From: Squalus acanthias
Taxonomy: Eukaryota
DNA length: 64,000 bases
Assembly (NCBI GenBank): GCA_030390025.1
Contig: CM059432.1
Location: 89,034,001 to 89,098,000, forward strand
Direction: 5' to 3'
Of the stretch, positions 47,575-59,975 are shown piece after piece. The first letter of the stretch is position 1. The number at the start of each line of letters is the position of its first letter. The position numbers and the translations under genes are program-made. The notes below the pieces were generated by a model. It did not search any database and was not told the origin of the DNA. It saw only the letters and a list, made by a program, of their open reading frames with translations.

Positions 47575-50500
47575 AATAACGTTTCTGACTCAACTGTTTC
47601 TGTTCAACTCTTGAGGCCAAATTTGGTTGAACAAGACTCAATCGTGTTCTCAATCTCCTCTTCATCAAGAGTTCTGCTGGGGTATATCCAGTTGTAGTGT
47701 GCGGACTAGCTCTGTACTTCAGCAAGAAATTTGCCAAACGCTGCTTCATGCTGAGTCCAAAACAACCCTGCAACACTTGCTTTTTGAGAGCTTCTTTCGC
47801 TATTCTGACTGACCTTTCAGCTGCTCCGTTTGAATCTGGATGATATGGTGGAACGAGAGTGTGCTTGATACCATTCCATTTCATGAACTCTTGAAATAGA
47901 GCAGAACAGAACTGAGGGTCATTGTCAGAAACAAGCTCTTCAGGTAGGCCATGACAGGCAAAGATAGACCTCAACTCATCTATGGTACGTTCAGTTGTAG
48001 TATTTGAATCCATGTGTTTCGCTTCAATCCACTTTGAATGACTATCTACAAGTACCAGGAAATAATCATTTGCTTTCTCACAGAAGTCTACATGTACTCT
48101 CTGAAAAGCTCTACTTGGCCATGACTAGGGTTGTAGTGGAGTTTTGGGTGGTTTGTTTCTGCAATTTTGGCAAACGCTGCATTTGCTGACAAGTGATTCA
48201 AGATCACTGTCCAATCCAGGCCAGTAAACAAAGTTTCTTACAATTGATTTCATACTGACGATCCCTGGATGTTCAGGATGAAGTTTGGCCAGGATTCTAT
48301 CTCTCAAAGAAGTAAGTACCACCACTCTGTTTCCCCACTTGATACAACCTTGCTCACAAGACAATTCAGTACGACGGTTATGGAATGGTTTCAATTCTGT
48401 GTCCAGACACTGATCAGTCCATCCATTCAAAGTGTTTTCATACACACTTTTCAGTACTGAGTCCCGTTGAGTCTGATTTGCAATCTCAATTGCATTCACG
48501 GGAAGGACTTTGTCAATTGCACCTAGCATGAAAATCTCACCTTCACTCCCAACACGAGTCCTCATGTGGCAACCAGGACAAGGCATCTACGATTGCGTTT
48601 TGCTTTGAAGCGCGATATTCAATCGTGTAGTCATATTGTGACAACAACACTGCCCAACATTACATTCTTGATGGCAGATTTGGGCCCGAATATTGCTTGG
48701 AGCGTTTTGTGATCGGTTATCAGGGTAAACTTTCTGCTGATCAGGAACTGTTGGAATTTCTTGATTCCAAACAATATGGTGAGTGCTTCCTTTTCAATTG
48801 GCTTGTAGTTTATTTTGCTCTTTGTGAGGGTTCGCGATGTGAACGCGATTGCTTTCTCTTGACCATCATCCACTATGACAGCTCCCACACCATAGCTAGA
48901 AGCATCACACGCTAACTTAAGCTCACGCTCTGTGTCGTAGTGCACAAGTACAGCATCGCTAGAGAGACCTCTCTTACAAGCGCCGTAAGCTTCCTGTTGC
49001 ACTTTTGTCCACTTCCATTGGACATCCTTCATGGTCGCTAACTCAGGTAAGAAACGTGCGTAGTACTGGACCATTACAAGGAAAGCTCTTAACTCAGACA
49101 CGTTCTGTGGCTTTGGAGCATTGGTGACAACATCAACCTTTTCCTTAACTGGTTGCAAGCCATTTGCATCAACTTTCAGACCAAGGTACACAACCTTGGG
49201 CTGCACAAAAGCACATTTGCTCCTTTAAAATTTGACATTGTTGGAATTCAACCTTTGAAGCACTAAATCTAACACTTCTAGATTTTCTTCCTCGCTACTT
49301 GTTGCGATCAGCACATCGTCTTGATTGCATAAGCAATTTGGAATTCCTTGCAAAATCTTATCCATCGTAGCTTGGAAGATTTTGGGGGAGGACTTTACAC
49401 CATACGGCAGCTTGGTGTATGAGTACAGTCCCTTGTGTGTGTTGATAGTGAGATACTGTTAACTCTCTTTGTCAACATTCAACTGAGCGTAAGCGTGCAA
49501 CAGGTCAGCTTAGAGAAAACCTTTGACCCAGAGAGTGCTGCATACAAATCTTGTGATGTAGTTAACGGGTGCTGCTCGTCAACTGCTTGGGTGATAGTAA
49601 CTTTGTAGTCACCGCGCAAGTGTACAGTTTTGTCTGTTTTGGGCACTACCACAATCTGGGTAGCCCATTCACTTTTGTCTGTTTTTACTAGCACTCTGTT
49701 CTCTTTCAGCTTCTCTAGCTCTTCCTCCACCTGACTTTTCAACGCATAGGGGCCCAGCCTTGCCTTACAATAGACAGGCTTCGTGATGGACTTGATGTGG
49801 ATATGCGCCTCACACCCAGTGATGCCCTCATAACTGTCTGAGAACATGCTTTTATACTTGTTCAGCATTGTGTCGAGTCACTTCTTTGAAGCATCTACAC
49901 TGAAAATGTTTTTCCAGTCTAATTTTAACTTTCTCAACCAGTCTTTGCCCATGAGGGTTGGCCTGTTGTTGTAGCTCACTACTATAATAGGCAGCTTTAC
50001 TGACTGGCCTTTGTGCTGAACTATACATTCCATTTGTCCACATGTCTCTAGGATTTCTCCGGAGTAGGTTTTTAACTCTACGGTATTCTTTGTAAGTGGT
50101 ATTTGATTAAACTTACTCTCATATGTGTCCTTACTCATGATAGAGCAGTCCACCGCTGTGTCGATACACATATATTGATCAATGATCAAAAGTTTTGTAT
50201 GGAAGTCTTTCTCACAACTGCTAGCATTGCCGCTAATGGCATAGATACTGTAAATGCCTAGTTCTTCAACATCAGGTGTGTTCACTTCAATATTGTGAAT
50301 TCCTCACTTTTGTTGTCTCTGCTTTTCATTGCCACTAGAATGTTTCTTACTTCCTGCTTTCGATCTAGCTCTGCAAGCTGTTGAAATATGGCCTTGCTTC
50401 TGGCAGTGAAAACACTTCGCATTTCTGTATTGGCAGGACTGTGGTGAGTGATTTTCATTGCAGTGATAACAATTCACTGAACTGCTCTCGCCGACATGTT

Positions 50501-51321
50501 TTTGACTTGGTCTCTCAACTTTAGGTTTGGCGATGGCTTTGTGACTGTAGACCTCAGCTGCACTAGTCACTTGAGTTGGACGGAGTTCCCTAGCATTCTT
50601 GGATGCCATCTCTATAGATAGAGCAATTTTGCATGTGATGTCAAACGTTAGTTTAGGAGTGTTCAGTAACTTGGACTGTGTGCGCTCATCCACCAATCCA
50701 CACACAAACTTATCTCGCAACGCACGATCCAAAAACGTGCCAAAGTTACAATGTAAAGACAGGTTTTTAAGAGCTACAATGTACTCACTGATTTTCACTT
50801 TGTTTTAGTTTCTGGTACCAAACTTATAGCTCTCTGCTATTTCTAATGGCTTTGGGTCGAAATGGTCTTCGAGTTTCTCGACAATGTCTTCAAACGACAC
50901 ATCCTTTGCTTTTCCTGGCACGAGTAGGTTTGTCAACATTCCGTAGACATCTGGCCAGATCTCCAATAGAAAAATAGTTTTTTTCCATTCACGAATTACT
51001 TTATTTAGAGCTTGAACATTCTCATCTGCACCTTCGGTCTCAATAATATTATTGGCCTTAAACATATCCATCCGCTCAATGTAAGAAATGAATGGTTCGT
51101 GAGCTCGGTCATACATGCCGAGGCATCCGATGAATCCCGTAGGCGCGGCCATGATTGTCCTGATCCCATCGAACAGTGACTCAGCACGTTACCTGTGTAC
51201 CTGTGAGAATCAATGCCGCTGTTGCTGTGTTTACATACACACGAAGGCGAAGCACAGACAGATTCTCATCCCCAAAAATGTAATATATGAGGGTAGAACA
51301 AATGAATGACAGAGACACAAT

Positions 51322-52164
51322 GGGCTGGATTTTGAATCTGGGGTCGGGTTGGGGTCGGGAATCACACATTCTGGCTTGTGAACCCGCCTCCATCGAGATG
51401 TGGCCAACCCACTGTATTTTCCCTTGATTGACCTTGTTGAGCCCGCCCAGTGGGCTCAGCAGGCCAATTAAGGGCCACCCGGCAACAGGTGACGTCACAG
51501 ATTGACATTTCATCTGTCAAGAGCTTTTGACAGATGAAATATCAGCGTTTGACAGCTCTGTGAAGCTGTCAAACACTCACAATATGATTTCTAACTTCAA
51601 TCCTTCGTCTCAGGCTGAGTTAAAAATCATTCCAGCACAGAAAACAGAAGGCTGCAGGTTTTGACAGAACCACGGCTTTCCTGCTTTCTGTGCCGGTGAG
51701 ATTTCTAACTCCCGAGAACTGAAGGGCTGACACCTGCAGGAGGAAGTTAAGGTAAGTAAAACTTTTTCCAACACTTAGCACTTACCTTACACACTTACCT
51801 CTGCACACATGCACCCATCACTCACCTGCCACCAGACATATCAACCCGTCCAACCCCTGCAGACCCACAGCCCGACCCGATAACTTGGCGTGGTTGCCAC
51901 CTCTCAGGAAGCCCACACTTTTCTTTTTAAAATAGGGATTATGCAAAAAAATGCCGGTTAAGTACCTGTTAACAGGCAGTTAATTGTCACTAATCCCTTC
52001 CCGCCTCGGGGAGTCGGGTCTCAGAACAGGTCGGGTACCCGCCGCCAGAGAAACTGGCATGGAGGCGGGTTGGAGGCGGGATGGGGTCGGGACCCCCGAA
52101 TCTGCAACTTTAACCCCCCCCCCGACTCCAAACCCGACTCCACGGGTCATTGAAAATCCAGCCC
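51322..52164. mobile_element. Harbinger MITE (843 bp) in the Gypsy 5' LTR
   Basis: Perfect 12-bp TIRs GGGCTGGATTTT / AAAATCCAGCCC, TSD AAT. Confidence 0.92.
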
Positions 52165-52527
52165 AATGAGTTGCTAGTCAAGGCGTTTGTTTACCGGGCT
52201 AGAGCAAACTGAGCATGCTCATACTAAAGCATGTGACAAATCTTGTGACAAACCATGTGATAATACATTACAAACCGCACCAATCCTGCTGTCTTCCCAC
52301 AGATTCCGATCTTAACCTCTTTTGAGCAGGCGAGAGTGACATCCGCCAGATGTCATCGGGGTCATTCTTTAAATATGCCGATTGAGCAAAGGGGCCCGAA
52401 TGCAATTTTAACGGCAGCCTGTGCAGGGATGTCATTGTGGCTTCCCCGCGAGGCCAAACTTGAGGGAAGATGAACCAGGGTCGAAAGGTGTTTATATTGC
52501 TTTGTTTTGCATTGCTGCCTCTCTGGA

Positions 52528-53101
52528 TCACATTTTCCAATATTGTATTGCATCTGACAAATCTCCGTCCACTCACCCAGCCTGTCTATATCCCCTTGTA
52601 GGTTTTTTATGTCCTCCTCACTTTCTACTTTCCCTCCCATCTTTGTATCATCTGCAAACTTTGATATGTTACACTCGGTCCCCTCCTCCAAATTGTTAAT
52701 ATAGATTGTAAAGAGTTGGGGTCCCAGCACCGACTCCTGCGGAACACCACTGGCTACTGGTTGCCAGTCCGAGAATGAACCATCCGGTTTGTACTGGTCC
52801 CACCTCCCCCAGAACCGGTTCCAATGTCCCAGGAATTTGAATCCCTCCCCCTTGCACCATTCCTCTAGCCACGTATTCATTTGAAATATCCTCCTATTTC
52901 TACACTGACTAGCACGTGGTACTGGTAGCAATCCTGAGATTACTACCTTTGAGGTCCTATTTTTTAATTTACCTCCTAACTCCCTATATTCTGCTTTTAG
53001 GACCTCATCCCCTTTTTTACCTATATCGTTGATGCCTATGTGCACCACGACAGCTGGCTGTTCGCCCTCCCCCTCCAAAATGTTCTGTAGCCGCTCCGAG
53101 A
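52528..53101 (-). mobile_element. Internally deleted CR1: ORF1 SGNH-esterase piece fused to an RT piece
   Basis: VVVHIGINDIG...VVISGLLPVP (CR1 ORF1 esterase) joined at ~52783 to an RT segment nearly identical to ~16040-16295. Confidence 0.85.
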
Positions 53102-54008
53102 CTAAGGCTCCTGCGTTGGGAGTTCCCGCTTTCTCGGCTCAGTTGGGGCCCAGTGTAGGACTGGGGGCTGAAGAAGATGCCTGGACCCCAAGGACTGCAG
53201 ATTTTTTTTAAAGAATCGGAATCACTCCCATTATGCAGGGGATTGAGAGGAGGTTCAAAGGTGGCCAGGAAATGAATTTTCCATCTGCATCAGGCAGACA
53301 GGCACCGGAGATGAATCCACCAACCGCAGGCAAGTTTGGCACTCTCCTGCTGACCCCAGAAACTTTGGCATGGTTAATGTTGGAGGGCAGTGGCAGGCAC
53401 AATCCTGGAAGTACTATTGGAATCATGGTTCACATATTTTCAGGGCCCAGCTCTCTAGTATTTAGCAGCAGAGTTAATGGGCTCGATTTTACCAGGCCCG
53501 AGGAGGTGGGTTTGGAGGTGTGTGAGTTGTAAAAATAGCAAAAAATGGTGGGCGGATCCAATCCCGCCTCTGAGCAATTTTTCCACAGTTCGTGGTTTCA
53601 GACCCCGTTTCCATCCCGCCTCCAAGAGGTGGGATAGGCCCTTTAGGTCCTTAAGGCCCTTAACAACCAGTTAAATGCCTCTATAATCCCATTTTGAGAG
53701 GCCTTTCTGAATTTAATACATTTCCCCCGTGCTGCACGTCTCCTCTGGAACACGCCAGTTAATCCTGGCGGCCTCACAAGTCGATTGCTTAGTATCAGCT
53801 GCAGCTCCACCATTAAAAAGGAGTTTTCACCAATGATCATTTGCAGGTGGCAGAACTTTTTTGTCTCAGGTTTGGGGGAAGTTTTAGCAGGTCTACTCAT
53901 TGTTGTGGGAGTTTGGAGCCTGGCACCCATCTCAGTGTGACCTCCTGGGAAACCCATCTCGCCACCTTGACTGAGCGCTTCCTCAACTGAGGTGTATATA
54001 GCAGAAGC

Positions 54009-55141
54009 ATAGGAACCATTTATTTCCTTTCCTCCTGGACCTCAGATTCGGAGGAAGACCAGCCACGGCAGCAGCAGAACCATGAACAACAGCACCACCA
54101 ACAGCAGCAGCAACAACAGGAGCGCCAAGCTGCTGCTGACCCACCTAATGCTGCACAGTCCAGAAGGCGCCAGTGCATGGAAGCACGTCACTGCAAAACA
54201 GGGTCTACAGACAGAGGATGAGCTACCTCAACAAGACTGAGCAGCAGTGCCAAAAGAGGCTCAGACTTTCGCGAGAGGTAGTGGGTGACATCTGCGCAAT
54301 GCTGCAGCAAGACCTGGAGCCCAGAGGAGCGGGTGGATACCCCTTACCAGTGGCCGTCAAAGTCACCACCGCATTCAACTTTTTTGCTTCAGGCTCATAC
54401 CAGGGATCAGCAGCAGACATCAGCGGCGTCTCCCAGGCGGCCGCACACACTTGCATCACACAGGTAACCAATGCCCTCTTTGCCATCGCGCACAATTACA
54501 TCAACTTCTCCAAGGATCAAGCAAGTGTAACAGCGCATGTGGTTGGGTTTGCCAACCGCAAGGGCTTCCACTCCCTCAACGTACAGCTGGTGTGTGACTA
54601 CAAGAAGGACATTTTGCATGTTTGCGCCATGTACCCTGGCAGCTGCCATGACTCCTTCATCCTGCGCCAGTCTAGTGTGCCTCTGCTCTTCAGTCCGCCA
54701 GACCAACTTTTTGGATGGCTACTTGGAGACAAGGGCTATCCCCTGAAGACATGGCTAATGACGCCATTGAGGAGCCCATCCAACGAAGCTGAGGAGCGCA
54801 ACAACTCCAGCCACATTTCCACCAGATCCATAATCAAGCAAACCATCGGCTTGCTGAAGATGTGATTCAGATGCCTTGATAGATCAAGTGGAGCCCTGCA
54901 GTACTCAGCAGCCAGGGTCTCCAGAATCGCAATGGTCTGCTGTGCACTTCACAACATGGCACAGCATCGTGGCTTGCAGCTGCCTGAGGTACAAGTGGCT
55001 GATCGCATAGCCTCCTCAGATGAGGAGGAGGAGACCGACAACGAACAGGTTGCGGAGGCGCATCAACCAGCGGCACCAGCACGCGAGCACATTGCTGGCT
55101 GGGATTCAAGGGACGCTCTCATCTTGGGCAGATTTGCTTAG
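54009..55141 (+). pseudogene. Harbinger copy 4 transposase, dead
   Basis: ATG>ATA, 30-codon deletion removing the first catalytic Asp (GFAN|RKGFH), stop at 54863-54865. Confidence 0.9.
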
Positions 55142-55367
55142 CCTGCACAATCAAACACTTTTGCCTCGCACCTTCTTACCAGAGCATCGACAATGGACAA
55201 GAACCTGCAGATTCCTATCACTCTGACCACCATACTGACAATTGCAAGTCACCCTGAGCCCTCAATGTGGAAGGCCCATTTGCAAAATGACACAGGTCAC
55301 AACTGCAACAGTATGCCATCAAATTTGTTTATCATCACAATTGACGGATGGCTTTTCAAAAATAAAC

Positions 55368-56394
55368 TATAAGGTGTTTGGTTTCCTCGTCCTTACAAGG
55401 TTTCTTTGACTCTGGGTTTTACAGGAACAAAATGGTAGATGACACAAAGGTTTAGGTTCAACCCAAAAATGTTAGTTTATTAAAACCAACAAAACACAAA
55501 CAAAAACCCTGTTGAGATTTGGCTGAAACTTACAATCACCCATCGGCCGGTCGTTCCCGTTGTGGATTGTAGGCCTGGATCGGAGATGACCTGTCCCCGT
55601 CCTCCTTTATCTGACTGCAGCTGCCTACACAGCGCAAACCCCTTGTAGAGTCAACTGATACTTACAATCACCCGTCTGGCTGGTCATGGCCGATGTCAAT
55701 TGCAGGCTGGGAGCTGGAGATGACCGTCTTCCCTTCCTTCTTACACCTGGCAGTTGCTGTAGTCAGAGCTAGCTTCTGAGGGAGAGCTTCCAAGAGAGAG
55801 AGAGAGAGAGAGAGAGCTGTGGGTGTGGTTCCTTCTTATAGTTCTTTTAGTCACCTGGCCCCATGCTGGGCCTCCCCCAACCAGTTTTGGTTGTCGGTTT
55901 GCTGAACTGTCCGAAATTCACACCTCGTCAACCTGTAATTCAATCACCGGAGGTGTACAGAGTTGTGAGATCGAAGATAACTCCTTATCTCCTCTCCCGC
56001 TTTCTGTAACGCATATTCAATGTGATTTCTATTACTGTTGATGGGCGGTTGGCTGATTGTCTGCTCGGGACTTGTGTATCTTCCATTCATGTCAGGAAGT
56101 CGATTGTGACCCCCATTGTTTCAGTTAAATGCAGAGCATTGTCCAGATGTTAATTTTTCCCATCAAAACCAATCATGATTCAAGGCCTCACAGTTCAATG
56201 TCAATGTCCTTTTCAGAGTTAATCATGAGTCAAAGCTTTCATTGTCCAGTATCAATGTGTTCTCCAAGAACTGCAGACTTTGATGACTGGCACTTTTTCT
56301 GTGCCTCGAAGTTTAATTGTTTCATGCACTTACCACTGGGCCAAACAGGCTTTCAGCATTTTGCTATTGTACAGGGTTTTTTTTTAAATTTACA
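55368..56394 (-). mobile_element. Probable solo LTR (~1.0 kb) inserted between the convergent Harbinger genes
   Basis: Absent from copies 1-3. Ends TATAAG...TTTACA, AAC/AAAC duplication, minus-strand TATAAG (~55836) and AATAAA (~55478), (GA)n, and an internal ~130-bp-period repeat. Confidence 0.6.
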
Positions 56395-56429
56395 AACACA
56401 ACAGAACACCCAAGTGACTACCCTTGTGA

Positions 56430-58341
56430 CTACTTGTGCTTTATCCTCCTCTTACGCGTGCTCCTACGTGGTGCTTCCCCTGTGGCTTCAGCAGATGTGG
56501 AGGCCCCTTGCTCACTTTCTTGCTGCTCCTGTCTCGACACCTTTGGCGGGCGTCCTCTGGGGTTGCGAGCCTGTGTGGGCTTGGCAACAGTCTGCTGCTC
56601 CTGCGGCTGTGCAGGGGCTGAGACGCCCATCTCAGTTGGGTGAGGACTCAGGTGGGGCTCTGACCGAGGGCTTTGCAGTGGCATGGTCATGTGAGCGCTT
56701 GGAGAGGAGCCCCCACTTCCTTGTTGTCTGCCACCAACATCCCTCTCATGGGTCAGCCCCACTTCAGAGCTAGCAAGTGGCTTGACAGCACCTTGCTGCA
56801 CTTCAGGGGGGCCACGAGGACCCGTTTCTGCACTGGAAGTCCTACTCCAGAGGACTTCCATGAAGGTCTGGTTTCTATGCTCAATAGCTGACCATCGCTC
56901 CTCAAGAGATGTCAGTCTATTCTGAACAATGACCATGTTTTCAACACTCTGGTGACTTAGCTCCTCCATGGCCATAGCCATCCTCTCCTCTACCATAGCC
57001 ATCCTTTCCGTGGTGATGCGTTCATGTGCCAATGCCTCCACAAAGGCTCTGCTCATGTTCGTGATGGACTCCTCCATTCGCTCCATACTCACAGTGACCC
57101 TGGAGGCAAAGCCTGCCAGAGACTCCTGCACCTGTTCCTGGAGTTCCAGCACCGCTCTCCTTCTGGATGGACCCAGAGGCACAGGGTCGACATGCAGCTG
57201 AACCGAGCTGGGAGAGTCCTGCGCCCTCCGACGAGGACTCTCCACTGCTGTCCCTGTCTCCTCCATCTGCTGATGCTCACTTGTGATCTGTGATACACCA
57301 GGTGACAACACTACTCTATCTCGCGAAGGTCCCACCGAGGTGTGAGTGTCTGCGCTGGTGCTGGGTGAGATGAATTCTGCTGACGCTGTGCCCTCAGCGG
57401 TTGCAGCTTCCTCTGAGGAGTCTTCAGGCTCAGGCTGTTCCTCCTGGACAGTGGGGACGGGGGCTCTCGATGGTCCTGTGGGGGAGTAAAGGAAAGAGTT
57501 AGACATGTGAGATAAAGGTTGCATGCACATTGAATTGTGCAGATGATCAGAGTCATTATCAGTCACTCATGCAATGTCATGCAAAACTATTCATTCACCA
57601 GCTTGCTGTGATGCGCCCATCTGTCCGTCCCCCACTTGCGCATTCTCCTCCACTCCCACAATCTCCAGGGCCGCCTCCTCTGCAGTGGTGAGCTGGGCTA
57701 TTGAGGGTGGCCCTCCTCCTGTCGTCGCCCTCTCCCTCTTATTGTGGGCTCTCTTTTCCTGCAATGAGGGACACAAGTGGAGTTTGAGTGAGAATGAAGG
57801 AGTGAGTGTAGAGAATCCATAGCATAGATGCTTAGAAGGAGACAAAGAAGGAGTGAGGTGCCAAGACCAAGGGCCCTCCCTGTGTGTTGTAAGTTGTTGT
57901 CATTGCATCACAGTGATAGGGAGTGTGAGAGCTGCATAGTCGAATAGTTAAGTGAATGTGAACATAGAGAGAGAGGGAATGGGTAAGGGTGCAGGGATGT
58001 AAGGGTGAAGTGGGATGTGGAGGAGGAGGTTGACAAAGCAGAGTGCTGGTGATGAGAGGCGATCGGGATCAGACTGAGGGTGATGGGAATGGAATACTCA
58101 CTTTTCCTGTGCGGAGAAGGTCATGAAACCTCTTCCTGCACTGCAGCCAGGTTCTGCTGCACATAGAAATAGCATTGACCTCCTGGGACACTTGCAGCCA
58201 CACAGCTTTGGTCTGCTGTAGAGGCTTTTTCCTCCCTGAGGAAGGAAAGAGCACCTCCTTATTTGTTCTTGCTCCCTCCACCAGAGCTTGGAGGGAGGCC
58301 TCTTTGAATCTGGGTGCACACTTTGGTCTACTGCTGGACAT
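56430..58341 (-). CDS. Intact Harbinger Myb/SANT-like (MSANTD/NAIF1-type) protein, 3 exons, ~481 aa
   Basis: Exons 58341-58102, 57758-57599 and 57475-56430 with GT-AG introns join in frame (1446 nt). Trihelix-type motif RF...L...W..V...VN...RTW.QCRKRF.DL, RATTGGGP, coiled coil, basic C-terminus. Confidence 0.85.
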
Positions 58342-59719
58342 ACTTGCAGAAGGAATCCCTCAGAGAATGGTCGTAAAGTTGTAAGGCTGAAAAAGAAGCA
58401 AGGCTGCTTGCATGCCTTAAATCCAGCTGCACAGATGACGTCATCGGAGGCGAGTTTCAGTATCAAAAGACTTATTGTGCCAGGGGTTCCCACACGCTGG
58501 AAATCAAGTGCCCAATTAGGGCAAAATCGCACTTCTGTCCCGCCTCACATCGGAGGCGGGGTCATGACACGCTGACCACCTGACACGCCCCCAGCCCGCC
58601 CCCAATGACAAAATCCAGCCCAATGTATCCAAGGAGCTGATTCTAAAGAACAAAATATTCGAAACATCATATATTACTAGGTTTCTTCAAATTACTCATT
58701 CACTCATGAATATTTTTCTTACGAAGTAGAAATCCTGAGTTCTAACTGCCAAGATATGCAGCTGTCAAGGCACCGCACCTATCTGCTTCGCAGGCACCTT
58801 CCAGCAGCCGCACTCTGTTCTGATTTGAAAAACTGCCTAAGCTAAGTCTACAAGTCAGATGTTGGTCTGTGGAACTTGATTTAACAGCATAAATGTCAGA
58901 TTCTGGCCTTCCAGAATTTGACTTAAAAGAATACCAATGTAAAAGGCTTTTTAGTGGTGTGATGTGTATTTTGTGGCAGATTGTGTTTCTGTGCCAACAT
59001 ACTAAGCCATACAATAGGATGCTCATTCCCTCTTCATTGAATTTCTGAAATTAGCTATGCCATCAGGGAACCCTAGCCAGAGTTCAGATACTTCCCCAAG
59101 GGAACCTGAGTCAACCCTACCAGCCTGAACACGATTACTTAATCCCAGTCAGAATCCCAGTTTTCTCTTTTTTCCATATACCACCGCACCAGTAACATTT
59201 ATGGAGCTAGAAAATTGTGAATGAAAGCTAATTTTTGCTGATACACTCCCTAAGAGCCATGGGTAAACTGAAAGATTGGACTTTCTTAATTCAACACTAA
59301 CACAGCCTTTGTGCTATTATCTAGCTCAGTGGTGGCATTGGCAGAGGAATGGGAGCAGATTATCTGCTCTCTTTCTTGGGTGTGGAATGGTGAGTGGCAC
59401 AAGATTAATTGAAGTTAATTGAAGGATGAGACAAGAGTGAAGTGCTCATTCCCTATTCCCTGTAGCCATTGGTGTAAGGTCCAGCTTGGCCAAGGTCCAG
59501 AGCTATGGTTTCTTGGTGAACCATGCACCCATGCTGACATGAAATGATCTCATACATTCATGACGCAGCACATAACATTGTGGGAGCACCATGCGGGGGT
59601 GAGGGGGGGAGTTGTGGGGTGGGGGGGCGAGTTGTGGGGTGGGGGGGGGAGTTGGAGGCTCGAATGTCAGGGGCAAACAGTCATGGAAGGGCTGCTGGCT
59701 GCACATTCATTGATGCCAA

Positions 59720-59975
59720 TTTTTGCTGATACACTTCAAAAAGTACTTAATTGGCTGTAAAGCGCTTTGAGACATCCGGTGGTCGTGAACATAAGAACAT
59801 AAGAAATAGGAGCAGGAGTAGGCCATTCGGCCCTTCGAGCCTGCTCTGCCATTCAATGAGATCATGGCTGATCTTCTGCTTCAACTCCATTCACCGGCCC
59901 TATCGCCATATCCCTTGATGCCCTTACTAGTCAGTGATGCCCTTACTAGCTATATAAATGCAAGTCTTTCTTTCT
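59720..59975 (+). mobile_element. SINE/L2-type 3' tail interrupted by a minus-strand CR1 3' end (~59788-59925)
   Basis: Matches 41890-41980; the inner segment AACATAAGAACATAAGAAATAGGAGCAGG is a CR1 tail. Confidence 0.75.

Larger units (their letters stand above)
45730..52270 (-). mobile_element. Gypsy/Ty3 LTR retrotransposon, decayed, with three nested insertions
   Basis: 3' LTR 45730-45958 and truncated 5' LTR 51279-52270; degenerate tRNA-Ser(GCT)-like PBS TGGGGATGAGAAT; gag with CCHC (51152-50304), protease IDTA, RT, RNase H CDASSYGVGAV, integrase. Confidence 0.9.
53479..58621 (+). mobile_element. Harbinger copy 4
   Basis: TIRs GGGCTCGATTTT...AAAATCCAGCCC, TSD AAT. Confidence 0.95.
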
